32,000 bases of DNA from Cereibacter sphaeroides 2.4.1 (GTDB taxonomy: Bacteria; Pseudomonadota; Alphaproteobacteria; Rhodobacterales; Rhodobacteraceae). The stretch lies in contig NC_007490.2 in the NCBI RefSeq assembly GCF_000012905.2, positions 68,828 to 100,827 of the forward strand, in the 5' to 3' direction. The position numbers and the translations under genes are program-made. Shown here piece by piece: positions 1 through 8,013 of the stretch. Positions within the stretch are counted from its first letter, which is position 1; each line of letters starts with the position of its first letter. The notes under the pieces are model-generated. The model was not told where the DNA came from and did no database searches. It was given only the letters and a program-made list of their open reading frames with translations.

Positions 1-1
1 G

Positions 2-367
2 GGAATGCCGCCCGAAGGGGCAACCGCAGGTGCGGCGCCCGCCGCGGAGGCCAGGTCCGAAGGCTTCGAACTTGCCGGCGGAGAGGGCGGGGGCGGCTAT
101 GCCTCCGGCCTCGTGGCCTTCACCCGCGCCACCATCGACAAGCACATTGCCGGGAAGGCCGCACCGAAACGCTCGCACGGATCGGTCGTGGGATCGGAAA
201 GCGGCACGGGAATGCGCGCCAAGGTCATTGTCGCGGCTGGCGGCCGAGGTGGCCGCTATGTCCGCCCGCAGGATTTCTACACGTCGAAGGTGCTCGGGGT
301 CTGGGTCCAGCGCAATGCGCTCGGCCCCTCCGACCATGCCTGGGTCGTGGTGGTGGAGAAGCGGTAA
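2..367 (+). CDS. traK: C-terminal part of a TraK-like F-type T4SS protein (5' end lies outside the window)
   Basis: The frame is open from the window edge and has strong G/C third-position bias. Stop TAA 365-367 shares a base with the traB ATG (TAATG). I call it TraK only from its position directly upstream of traB-traV-traC; I recognise no diagnostic motif. Confidence 0.5.
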   Translation, partial: GMPPEGATAGAAPAAEARSEGFELAGGEGGGGYASGLVAFTRATIDKHIAGKAAPKRSHGSVVGSESGTGMRAKVIVAAGGRGGRYVRPQDFYTSKVLGVWVQRNALGPSDHAWVVVVEKR

Positions 368-1620
368 TGTCGTCGGACGCACGCAAGAAGCAGCAATGGA
401 TTGTCCTCGGCCTGATCGGGGGCGGCCTTCTCCTCATCATCATCGTGCTCGGGCAGGTGATGAACCGGAAGCAGGCTGCCTTCCGCTCCTCCGGTGCCCC
501 GGATCGGGTTGACGAAACCATCATCGCGGACCGCACCTCGAACGCATCGCCCGAGCTCAGCTGGGCGCGGCAGAGCCGTGAACAGATCGACCAGCTCAAC
601 AAGACCGTGACGGAGCTCACCAACACGGTGAAGGGCATGGCCGAGAAGCAGGCCAGCGACCTCGAGGAGCTGCGCACGCAGTATGACGAGGTGATCGTCC
701 AGCAACAGGCCGAGATCAACTCCTTGAAGACCGGCGCGCCTGTGCCGGCCGTCGGCGGAGAAACCGGCGAGGCTCAGGCGCCCGGCTACGGGCAGGAGTT
801 CGTCTCGGGCGGGACGCGGACGCCCGCGGCCGGGCGGGCAGGGCAGGGTGGCGCTGCCGGTCCCGGCGCTCCCGGTGCGGCGCCCATGGTGCAAAGGTTC
901 GGCGCGGGCGCATCGGTCGACTTCACGCTGCAGCCGAAGCCGGAAAAGCCCACGACGCCGGAAGAAGAGAGCTCGCGCAACGTGCGCGACCTGCACTCCT
1001 ACATCCCGGCCGGGAGCTATGCACCCGCCGTGGTGATCTCGGGGGTCGACGCCTCCACGGGCGTCGTCTCGCGGGACAACCCGGTGCCGGTCCTCGTGCG
1101 GATCACGGGGCCGGCCGTGACGGCCGCCGCCGGTGCGGGCGCAGGCCGGCGGATCAACCTGACCGGCTGCACGGTGCTTGGCTCGGCCATGGGCGATCTC
1201 TCGAGCGAGCGCGTCTATGTCCGGCTCACGACGCTGACCTGCATGGGCCGCGGCAACAAGGTGATCGAAACGCAGGTCGCAGGGCTCGTCGCAGGCTCGG
1301 GCAAGGCGGGCGTGCGCGGGCATGTCGTCAGCCGCGAGGGCAATCTGGCGACGAACGCGGCCATCGCGGGCGCTCTCGGCGGCTTTGCCAAGGCGCTGAC
1401 GTCGGCCGCGAGCATCGCCTCCTCCAATGACGGGGCCGAGACGGTGGGCTCGGTGCTCGGCGGCGCGGGTGCGGGCGTGGTGGGCGGCGGTGCCGCCAGC
1501 GCCGCTGACCGGCTGGCCGAATATTACATCAAGCGCGCGGAGCAATATCAGCCGGTCGTCTCGCTCTACGCCGGGACGAATGTGGAAGTTGTGTTCATGG
1601 AAGGGGTTTCGCTCAAATGA
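367..1620 (+). CDS. traB: TraB (VirB10-like inner-membrane/core complex protein of F-type T4SS)
   Basis: 417 aa. It has an N-terminal TM segment (WIVLGLIGGGLLLIIIVLG), a coiled-coil-like region, a Pro/Gly/Ala-rich linker and a C-terminal TraB/VirB10-like domain (RINLTGCTVLG...VYVRLTTLTC). It forms an ATGA overlap with traV. Confidence 0.85.
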   Translation: MSSDARKKQQWIVLGLIGGGLLLIIIVLGQVMNRKQAAFRSSGAPDRVDETIIADRTSNASPELSWARQSREQIDQLNKTVTELTNTVKGMAEKQASDLEELRTQYDEVIVQQQAEINSLKTGAPVPAVGGETGEAQAPGYGQEFVSGGTRTPAAGRAGQGGAAGPGAPGAAPMVQRFGAGASVDFTLQPKPEKPTTPEEESSRNVRDLHSYIPAGSYAPAVVISGVDASTGVVSRDNPVPVLVRITGPAVTAAAGAGAGRRINLTGCTVLGSAMGDLSSERVYVRLTTLTCMGRGNKVIETQVAGLVAGSGKAGVRGHVVSREGNLATNAAIAGALGGFAKALTSAASIASSNDGAETVGSVLGGAGAGVVGGGAASAADRLAEYYIKRAEQYQPVVSLYAGTNVEVVFMEGVSLK

Positions 1621-2045
1621 TCGCCCGCAGTCTCATCGCATCGAGCCTGGGGCTCGCGATCCTCGCCCTCGCAGGTTGCGGCGGCAACACGCAGAAGGAC
1701 TTCCTCTGCCCGGCGCAGGAGGGCATCGCCTGCGCCACGATCAGCGAGGCTGACGTGGGCTCGGGCAGCGCGGTCACGCCGGTCCGCGAGACCTTCAGCG
1801 ACACGCTCGGCAAGGAAATGTCGCAGTCGCCGCTCGGGGTCGGCTCGGGCAAGGGCGGCAAGCTGACCGTCGTGAGCCAGTCCTCCATGGGCGACGGCGG
1901 CGCACCCTACCGCGCGCAGCAATATCGGGTGCCCGAAGAGGTTGGCACGCTCTGGATCGCCCCGCATCGCGATGCAGACGGGCTGCTTTATGAGGCGAGC
2001 TTCGTCCATTTCGTCGTGCGCGAAGCGCGGTGGGCGTCGCAATGA
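1617..2045 (+). CDS. traV: TraV outer-membrane lipoprotein of F-type T4SS
   Basis: 142 aa. The lipoprotein signal has lipobox LAG|C (Cys21, nt 1677-1679). Its size and position between traB and traC fit TraV. ATGA overlaps occur at both ends. Confidence 0.8.
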   Translation: MIARSLIASSLGLAILALAGCGGNTQKDFLCPAQEGIACATISEADVGSGSAVTPVRETFSDTLGKEMSQSPLGVGSGKGGKLTVVSQSSMGDGGAPYRAQQYRVPEEVGTLWIAPHRDADGLLYEASFVHFVVREARWASQ

Positions 2046-4525
2046 GCGCGTTCAAGGCACTGTTTCAGGGGCTCTTTGACGATCCCGACTGGTCCGAGGA
2101 CGAACCGCAGGCGCTGGCCACGGACATTGTGGCGGACCTGCTGCCCTACCGTCTCTTCGATCCCGAGAGCGAGCTCTTCTTCAACCAAAACTCCACGGGC
2201 TTCCTGATCGAGGTGAACCCGGTCGTGGGCGCCGACGATGTGGCCTCGAACCTGCAGGCCGTCATCAACTCGAACGCGCCGAACGGCGCTACGATCCAGT
2301 TCCTCAACTGGACCTCGCCCGACATTGACGGGCAACTTGTCCGGTGGGCCCGGCATCGTCTTCGCGGCGATGAGCTGGTGATGGAAATGGCGCAGCGCCG
2401 CATGGCGCATCTGCGGGGCGCCCGCTTCGGCACCGATCACGTCATCAAGGCCCTGCCTCACCATCGGCGGGTCTTCGTGGCCTGCTGGCTCGACGGCGAC
2501 GCCGATCTCAGCCAGCAAAAGGAGCTGAAAAACTTCCGCCGCTCGCTCTATTCGGTGTTCGGCGGCGAAGCCTATGTCCGTCACCTGGGGCCGGACGACT
2601 TCCTGAAGTTCCTCGGCGAGGTTCTGCACTGCCGCGGCCTCGTCGGGATCTCCGATCTGACCTACACGGCGGAGGAGGCGCTGAACCACCAGCTGCCGGG
2701 CGCGGGCCTCACGGTCCAGCGGACGGCCATCGGCCTCATGGGCGAGCCGCCCATGGCGGTCTCGAGCGCCACCGTCCGCCGCTTCCCGCGCGAGTGGCAA
2801 TTCGTGCTGGGCATTCTGCTGAACGGCGTGCCCGAACGGATCGCGGAGCGGCCGGCCGGGCCGGTGCTGACGTCCTTCACCATGCGGGTGCGGTCGAAGA
2901 GCGATGCCACCTCGTTCCTGATGAAGAAGCGGGCGGGCCTTCAGCACACGGCCTCGACGCAGTTCGCCCGCTTCGCGACCGGCCTCTCGGAGAAGATGGC
3001 AGAGTTCGAGGGGCTGAACCAGCAAGTCGAGCTCGGCGAGCGGCTGCTCGACACGACCTATGTCGTCTGCGCCTATGCCAAGGGCACGGCCGAGGATGCG
3101 CGCCATTCCCTGGCCGAGGTGGCGAAGATCTACCGCTACGCCGGACTGGTGCTCGAGAACGACACGTTCGTGCAGCTCCCGGTCTTTCTCGCGGCGCTGC
3201 CGTTCGCGGTTCACGGCAAGCGCATGGAGGATCTGAAGAAGCTCCAGCGCATGAAGATCCTCAAGTCCGAGGCTGCATCGGCGCTGGCGCCGATCCACGG
3301 CGAATGGACCGGCAGCGGCAACGGCCGGGGCGTCCTCCTGCTCGGCCGGCAGGGCCAGATCATGGATTGGGACAACTTCGCCTCGGACGGCAACTACAAC
3401 GTGGCCGTGGTGGGCAAGTCGGGGGCCGGGAAATCCGTCTTCATGCAGGAGCTTGTCACCTCGATCTATGCGGCCGGCGGCCGTGTCGTCGTGATTGACG
3501 ACGGCTACAGCTTCAAGAACACGGTCGAGATCCTGGGCGGCACCTTCGTGGGCTTCGACGGCTCGGTGCAGATCCGCCTCAACCCCTTCTCCATGCTCTC
3601 GGCCGAGGACATGGAAAAGGACGAGTATCGCGCGGATGCGATCGAGCTCGTGACCGGGATCATCGCCTCGATGGCCGCGCTCGGCGAGGGCAAGCAGTCG
3701 CGCGTCGAAGAGTTCGAGGAGGGCCGGATCTCCCGGATCGTGGCCGACGTCTGGGCCGAGAAGGGCGCGGCCGGCGAAGTGACGGACGTCTGGGAGCGGC
3801 TTCGCGCATTCGCGGAGGAGGATCAGCGGCTCGCCGATGTGGTGGTGAAGCTCGAGGCGTTCACGCGGAGCGGTCCTTACGGGCACTACTTCGCGGGGCC
3901 TGCGACGCTCCGGCTCGAGACGGCCTTCACGGTCTTCGAGCTCTCCGACATCAAGGGGCAGAAGGTGCTCCAGGACGTCGTGCTGCAGATCGTCATGTTT
4001 CTGGGCACCGAACTCATGTTCAAGACGCCGCGGGCGGTGCCGGTCGCCATCCTCATCGATGAGGCCTGGGATCTCCTGAAGTCTCACGCCACGGCGCGCT
4101 TCATCGAAGGCGTGGTGCGGCGTGCCCGGAAATACACCGGGGCGCTCATCACCGGCACGCAGTCGATTGACGACTATTACAACAACGTGGCCGCCACGGT
4201 CTGCCTGCAGAACTCCGACTGGACGGTGCTCCTCGCGCAGAAGGCGGAGACCATCGACCGTCTGGTGCAGGACAGACGGCTCTCCGTCTCTCCGCACATC
4301 GCCGGCCAGCTCAAATCGCTCCAGTCGGTGAAGGGTCTCTTCTCGGAAATGGGCGTGAAGGGTCCCAACGGCTGGTTCTTCGGCCGCCTGCTCCTCGATC
4401 CGTTCAGCCTCGCGATCTATTCCTCGAAAGGGTCGACCGTCGAGAAGATCAACCGGCTGAAGGATCAGGGTTACACGACGGTCGAGGCGATCCGCATCCT
4501 CGTGGAGGAGGGGGCGGTCGAATGA
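2042..4525 (+). CDS. traC: TraC (VirB4-family T4SS ATPase)
   Basis: Walker A GKSGAGKS lies at nt 3413-3436, with a Walker-B-like AILIDEAW further on. The protein is about 827 aa. ATG 2042 forms ATGA with the traV stop. GTG 2030 is the longest-ORF alternative start. Confidence 0.95.
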   Translation: MSAFKALFQGLFDDPDWSEDEPQALATDIVADLLPYRLFDPESELFFNQNSTGFLIEVNPVVGADDVASNLQAVINSNAPNGATIQFLNWTSPDIDGQLVRWARHRLRGDELVMEMAQRRMAHLRGARFGTDHVIKALPHHRRVFVACWLDGDADLSQQKELKNFRRSLYSVFGGEAYVRHLGPDDFLKFLGEVLHCRGLVGISDLTYTAEEALNHQLPGAGLTVQRTAIGLMGEPPMAVSSATVRRFPREWQFVLGILLNGVPERIAERPAGPVLTSFTMRVRSKSDATSFLMKKRAGLQHTASTQFARFATGLSEKMAEFEGLNQQVELGERLLDTTYVVCAYAKGTAEDARHSLAEVAKIYRYAGLVLENDTFVQLPVFLAALPFAVHGKRMEDLKKLQRMKILKSEAASALAPIHGEWTGSGNGRGVLLLGRQGQIMDWDNFASDGNYNVAVVGKSGAGKSVFMQELVTSIYAAGGRVVVIDDGYSFKNTVEILGGTFVGFDGSVQIRLNPFSMLSAEDMEKDEYRADAIELVTGIIASMAALGEGKQSRVEEFEEGRISRIVADVWAEKGAAGEVTDVWERLRAFAEEDQRLADVVVKLEAFTRSGPYGHYFAGPATLRLETAFTVFELSDIKGQKVLQDVVLQIVMFLGTELMFKTPRAVPVAILIDEAWDLLKSHATARFIEGVVRRARKYTGALITGTQSIDDYYNNVAATVCLQNSDWTVLLAQKAETIDRLVQDRRLSVSPHIAGQLKSLQSVKGLFSEMGVKGPNGWFFGRLLLDPFSLAIYSSKGSTVEKINRLKDQGYTTVEAIRILVEEGAVE

Positions 4526-4839
4526 AAGCCCGGCGGCAGGATCTCAAGCGTCCTCGCCCCACGCGCGAGGCGGCCAAAGGCAGCTGGTCGGAATGCGCCC
4601 GCAGGACCATCGAGTGCGTTCATGACCGCCTGCCGCCCGAGGCGACGCTTGCGGAGCGGATCGCGGCCGTGGATGCCGCCTATCCGTTCGGGGAGCGCGC
4701 CCACTATCCCTACAAGGTCTGGTGCAAGGTGAGGCGCAATTACCTCATGCGCTACGGCTATGTGCCGCAGAACGCCAAGCCCGGACCGCTTCTCAAGCTC
4801 ATGGAAGGACAAAACGGTGGATCTCGGACGGGCGGTTGA
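4522..4839 (+). CDS. hypothetical protein embedded in the tra block (105 aa, no TM segment)
   Basis: It forms an ATGA overlap with the traC stop, has good GC3 bias, and is basic and aromatic-rich (YPYKVWCKVRRNYLMRYGY). I recognise no family. Confidence 0.55.
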   Translation: MKARRQDLKRPRPTREAAKGSWSECARRTIECVHDRLPPEATLAERIAAVDAAYPFGERAHYPYKVWCKVRRNYLMRYGYVPQNAKPGPLLKLMEGQNGGSRTGG

Positions 4840-5176
4840 ACTCACTCTCACGGGCATGGGCAGCGTCGCCCTGACCCTGGCCATTGTGCTGGCTTCTCAA
4901 CCGCGGGGCCTGCCCACGGGCATCGTCACGCTCGATGCAACGGAGGCTGTCCTCAGCTTCATCCGGGCGGGCGGCAAGGAAATGCCCGACACGGACTATG
5001 AGGCGGCCGCGAAGATCTATCAGGCGGATCTCGAGGCGGCCATCGCGGACTTCGCGGCCGAACATTCCGTCATCGTGGTCAATTCGGCCACGGTGCTCGC
5101 GGGCGCCCCCGATATTACGCAGGAAGTCTCGCAAAAGGCGCTGGCGCGGTGGCGGGAAGCGAAGGGCACGCCATGA
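4817..5176 (+). CDS. trbI: TrbI-like F-type transfer protein (single-pass membrane)
   Basis: It has one TM segment (VALTLAIVLAS). The C-terminal 'VVNSATVLAGAPDITQEV' resembles the conserved end of type-F TrbI as I remember it. GTG 4817 lies 7 nt after GGAAGGA; ATG 4856 is an alternative start. The track start 4760 would overlap the previous gene. Confidence 0.55.
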   Translation: MDLGRAVELTLTGMGSVALTLAIVLASQPRGLPTGIVTLDATEAVLSFIRAGGKEMPDTDYEAAAKIYQADLEAAIADFAAEHSVIVVNSATVLAGAPDITQEVSQKALARWREAKGTP

Positions 5177-5703
5177 CCCTGCGCGATCTCGCCCGGCGCA
5201 GCTTCATGATCGGAGGCTCGCTCTTCGTCGTGGCGGGCTTCTGGCTCCTGCACAATGGCCGCCTCACCCTCAATGCCTCGCACTCTCTGCCCGAGCCCGC
5301 CTATCTCATGTGGGCTTGGCCGAAGGTGATCTGGAAGGGCGCCGTGATCTCGGCCGATCCGCCCGCAGCCTATGCGGCACGGTTCGACGGTCTGCTCTTC
5401 ACCAAGCGCGTCGTCGGTCTGCCGGGCGACCGGATCGAGCATCGAGACGGTGCGGTGTGCGTCGCAGGCGAGTGCTATCCGCTCGCGCTGAAGGATGGCG
5501 CACCCTTCGCGCCGGCGCTGGCCGAGGGCGTGATCCCGGACGGGCATTACGCCGCCTTCGGCAGCTCGGCCGACAGTCTCGACAGCCGCTACGCCACGGT
5601 CGGCCTCTTCGCGCGGGAGACAATCCGCGCCGTGGGCGTCGGCACCACCCTTGTCCCTCATTGGAAGGAGCTGAAGGCATGGGCGGACGCGCACGGATAC
5701 TGA
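5173..5703 (+). CDS. trhF: S26-family signal peptidase-like transfer protein (TrhF/TraF-peptidase type)
   Basis: It carries a Ser box NASHSLP, a Lys box KRVVGLPGD, SADSLDSRY and an N-terminal TM segment. It sits between traC and traW, as trhF does in SXT/R391/IncH systems. ATG 5173 forms ATGA with the preceding stop; GTG 5149 is an alternative start. Confidence 0.8.
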   Translation: MTLRDLARRSFMIGGSLFVVAGFWLLHNGRLTLNASHSLPEPAYLMWAWPKVIWKGAVISADPPAAYAARFDGLLFTKRVVGLPGDRIEHRDGAVCVAGECYPLALKDGAPFAPALAEGVIPDGHYAAFGSSADSLDSRYATVGLFARETIRAVGVGTTLVPHWKELKAWADAHGY

Positions 5704-6317
5704 CCGCGCTCGCCGTGGTTGCCTGCACGGCAGGGGCTGCGGCGGGCAAGGACTTCGGCGTCTATGGGAAGCTCTTTCCCATTGCCGAGCCGGATCTTCT
5801 TGAGCAGATTCTCGGCCGCCTCCGCACCATGGAGGCGAGCGGAGAGCTCGCCGAAATGGAGCGGGCGATGCAGGAGCGGACGCGCGCCTATGTGGAGCGG
5901 CCGGACACGGGCAGCGAGCTGCCTCCGGCCGAGGAATATCGCGCCTTCGAATTCGATCCCTCGATCACCCTGAATCAGGATCTCGCCGATCATCAGGGCC
6001 GCGTCTTTGCCCGGGCCGGGACGGTCGTCAATCCGCTCGCCTATTCCGCCTTCGCCAAACGCATCGTCGTGATCGACGGCGACGCGGAGGATCAGGTGCG
6101 CTTCGCCCTCGCAGAGGGGGATGAGCTCGACACCCTCATCGTGATCGCGAAGGGCTCGCCGCTGGCGCTCGGCCGCGCGCACGGCCGCCGCTTCTGGTTC
6201 GATCAGGACGCCGTGATGGTCAGCCGGTTCGGTCTCGAGCGACTGCCGAGCGTCATCAAACGGGCCGATCCCATCCTTCTGATCGAGGAAATTCCGACCG
6301 GGGAGGCGCAGCCATGA
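5679..6317 (+). CDS. traW: TraW (F-type pilus assembly protein)
   Basis: 212 aa from ATG 5679, which has GGAAGGAG 9 nt upstream. It has a signal peptide (ILTALAVVACTAGAAAG) and a TraW-like N-terminus FGVYGKLFPIAEPDLLEQI. The 477-aa track ORF 4884..6317 is an artefactual upstream extension. Confidence 0.85.
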   Translation: MGGRARILTALAVVACTAGAAAGKDFGVYGKLFPIAEPDLLEQILGRLRTMEASGELAEMERAMQERTRAYVERPDTGSELPPAEEYRAFEFDPSITLNQDLADHQGRVFARAGTVVNPLAYSAFAKRIVVIDGDAEDQVRFALAEGDELDTLIVIAKGSPLALGRAHGRRFWFDQDAVMVSRFGLERLPSVIKRADPILLIEEIPTGEAQP

Positions 6318-7300
6318 AGGGCCTGTTCTTCGCCATGGCGCTTGCCCTTGGCATCGGCGCGTCGGGCGCGAGCTTCGCGAAATGCAATGCGAAGTTCCTG
6401 AATCCGATCACTGAGGTCTGCTGGGACTGCATCTTCCCGATCTCGATCGGGTCGATCAAGGTCTTGAACAAGAGGCCCGACACCAAGAACCCGTCGCTGC
6501 CGGTCTGTCTCTGCCCGGGCACGCCGCCGCGTGTCGGCCTGGCCATCGGGCTCTGGGAGCCTGCCCGGCTGACCGACGTCGCGAACGAGGCCGGCTGCTT
6601 CGTGAACATGGGCTTCAAGGCCGATCTCGGTCTCTTCTCCATCGGCAAGAGCTCCGTCACCTCGAGCGACGGCGATCAGACCGGCAGCAAGTGGCAGGCG
6701 CACTACTATTACTATCCGCTGATCTCCTGGCTCGGGACGGTCGTGGATGGCCTCTGCCTCGAGACCACGGCCTTCGACATTGCCTATATCAGCGAGTTCG
6801 ATCCGCTCTGGCAGGACTCCGAGCTCAACACGATCCTGAACCCGGAAGCGGTCCTCTTCGCCAATCCCATCGCGCAGGCCGCCTGTGCGGCCGATTGCGT
6901 GCGCTCCTCGGCCGGCGGCCTGCCCATGGACAGCCTCTTCTGGTGCAACGGGTGTCAGGGCGGCATGTATCCCATGCAGGGCGACAGCAACGCGCACTAC
7001 GGCGGGATCCAGGCCAGCGAGACGGTCACGGCGAAAATGCTCGCGCGCCAGCACCGGCTCGGGCTGGCGCGCCGGACGTCCGGCAGTTCGGCGCTCTGCA
7101 CGACCGCCACCGCGCCGATCATCAAGAAGTCGCAATATCGCTTCCAGGTCACGCGGCCGCGGGCGGCCGTAAGCGGCCGCTATGCCTGCGGCCCGCTCGG
7201 CTCGAGCACGCAGCTGGTCGATTCCATGCGGCAGTTTCCATACAAAGGGGAGAGCTTCGGATGGCTCATCTGGCGCAAACGCAACTGCTGCGCGCTCTGA
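6314..7300 (+). CDS. traU: TraU (F-type pilus assembly/DNA transfer protein)
   Basis: 328 aa with a signal peptide. It has the characteristic Cys-containing N-terminal region (KCNAKFLNPITEVCWDCIFPISIG). It forms an ATGA overlap with traW. Confidence 0.9.
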   Translation: MKGLFFAMALALGIGASGASFAKCNAKFLNPITEVCWDCIFPISIGSIKVLNKRPDTKNPSLPVCLCPGTPPRVGLAIGLWEPARLTDVANEAGCFVNMGFKADLGLFSIGKSSVTSSDGDQTGSKWQAHYYYYPLISWLGTVVDGLCLETTAFDIAYISEFDPLWQDSELNTILNPEAVLFANPIAQAACAADCVRSSAGGLPMDSLFWCNGCQGGMYPMQGDSNAHYGGIQASETVTAKMLARQHRLGLARRTSGSSALCTTATAPIIKKSQYRFQVTRPRAAVSGRYACGPLGSSTQLVDSMRQFPYKGESFGWLIWRKRNCCAL

Positions 7301-8013
7301 TCGCGGCCGCCGTCCTGTCGGCAGGCACCGCCAGCGCCGGGGACGAGCTGCCCGATCCTGCCTTCGCGCCGGGAGCCACCGGTCGGATTGCGGCGCCGGT
7401 CGACCGGATCGTTCGCGATGCGGAACGCCGCGGCGAGGCGCTGGCCCGCGAGCTCACGATCCAGCCGCCGCGCGAGGGTGTAGAGATCGAGGATCTGGCC
7501 GGGATCCGCACCCGGGCGCTGAACGATCCGCGCGTGCGCGCCCTCCTCGGAGCCCCCGATGCGGAGGAGGTCGCGGCCGAAACCCGCGCCCGCTACGGCG
7601 AGGCGCGCGCGATCCTCTTTGCCTCCTTCTCGATGCCCGACACTTCGCTCCGGCAGATGATGCGGGAGGCAACCGCTCACGATCTGACGGTGGTGTTTCG
7701 GGGCTTCGTCAACAACAGCGTCTTCGACACGCGGGCGAGGCTCGAGGAAGTCTTTGCGGAGGACGAGACAGGCGAGGCCTTCGGGATCGACCCGACGCTC
7801 TTCCGGCGCTTCGACATTCGCTCGGTGCCGGCCCTCGTGGTGCTGGCCGAGGATCTCGGCGACTGCGCAACGCCCGCCTGCGAGGGCGATCCGCCGCCCC
7901 GGCATGATCGGGTGAGCGGCAACGTGCCCCTTGAGACCGCGCTGCGCGTGATCGCGGCCGGCAATGGCGAGGCCGCTTCGGTGGCCCGCTCGCTTCTGGA
8001 GCAAAAGCCATGA
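7261..8013 (+). CDS. trbC: TrbC (type-F pilin assembly protein)
   Basis: ATG 7261 lies 6 nt after GGGGAGAG. It has a signal peptide and the motif ILFASFSMPDTSLRQMM...LTVVFRGF, typical of F-type TrbC. It overlaps the traU end by 40 nt, and its stop forms ATGA with traN. Confidence 0.8.
   Translation: MAHLAQTQLLRALIAAAVLSAGTASAGDELPDPAFAPGATGRIAAPVDRIVRDAERRGEALARELTIQPPREGVEIEDLAGIRTRALNDPRVRALLGAPDAEEVAAETRARYGEARAILFASFSMPDTSLRQMMREATAHDLTVVFRGFVNNSVFDTRARLEEVFAEDETGEAFGIDPTLFRRFDIRSVPALVVLAEDLGDCATPACEGDPPPRHDRVSGNVPLETALRVIAAGNGEAASVARSLLEQKP

Noticed and set aside
4884-5678. The N-terminal 265 aa of the 477-aa track ORF 4884..6317.
   Set aside because: This stretch is Arg/Ser/Pro-rich and overlaps the trbI-like and S26 peptidase genes in another frame. 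The real TraW begins at ATG 5679, with a strong SD and a signal peptide.
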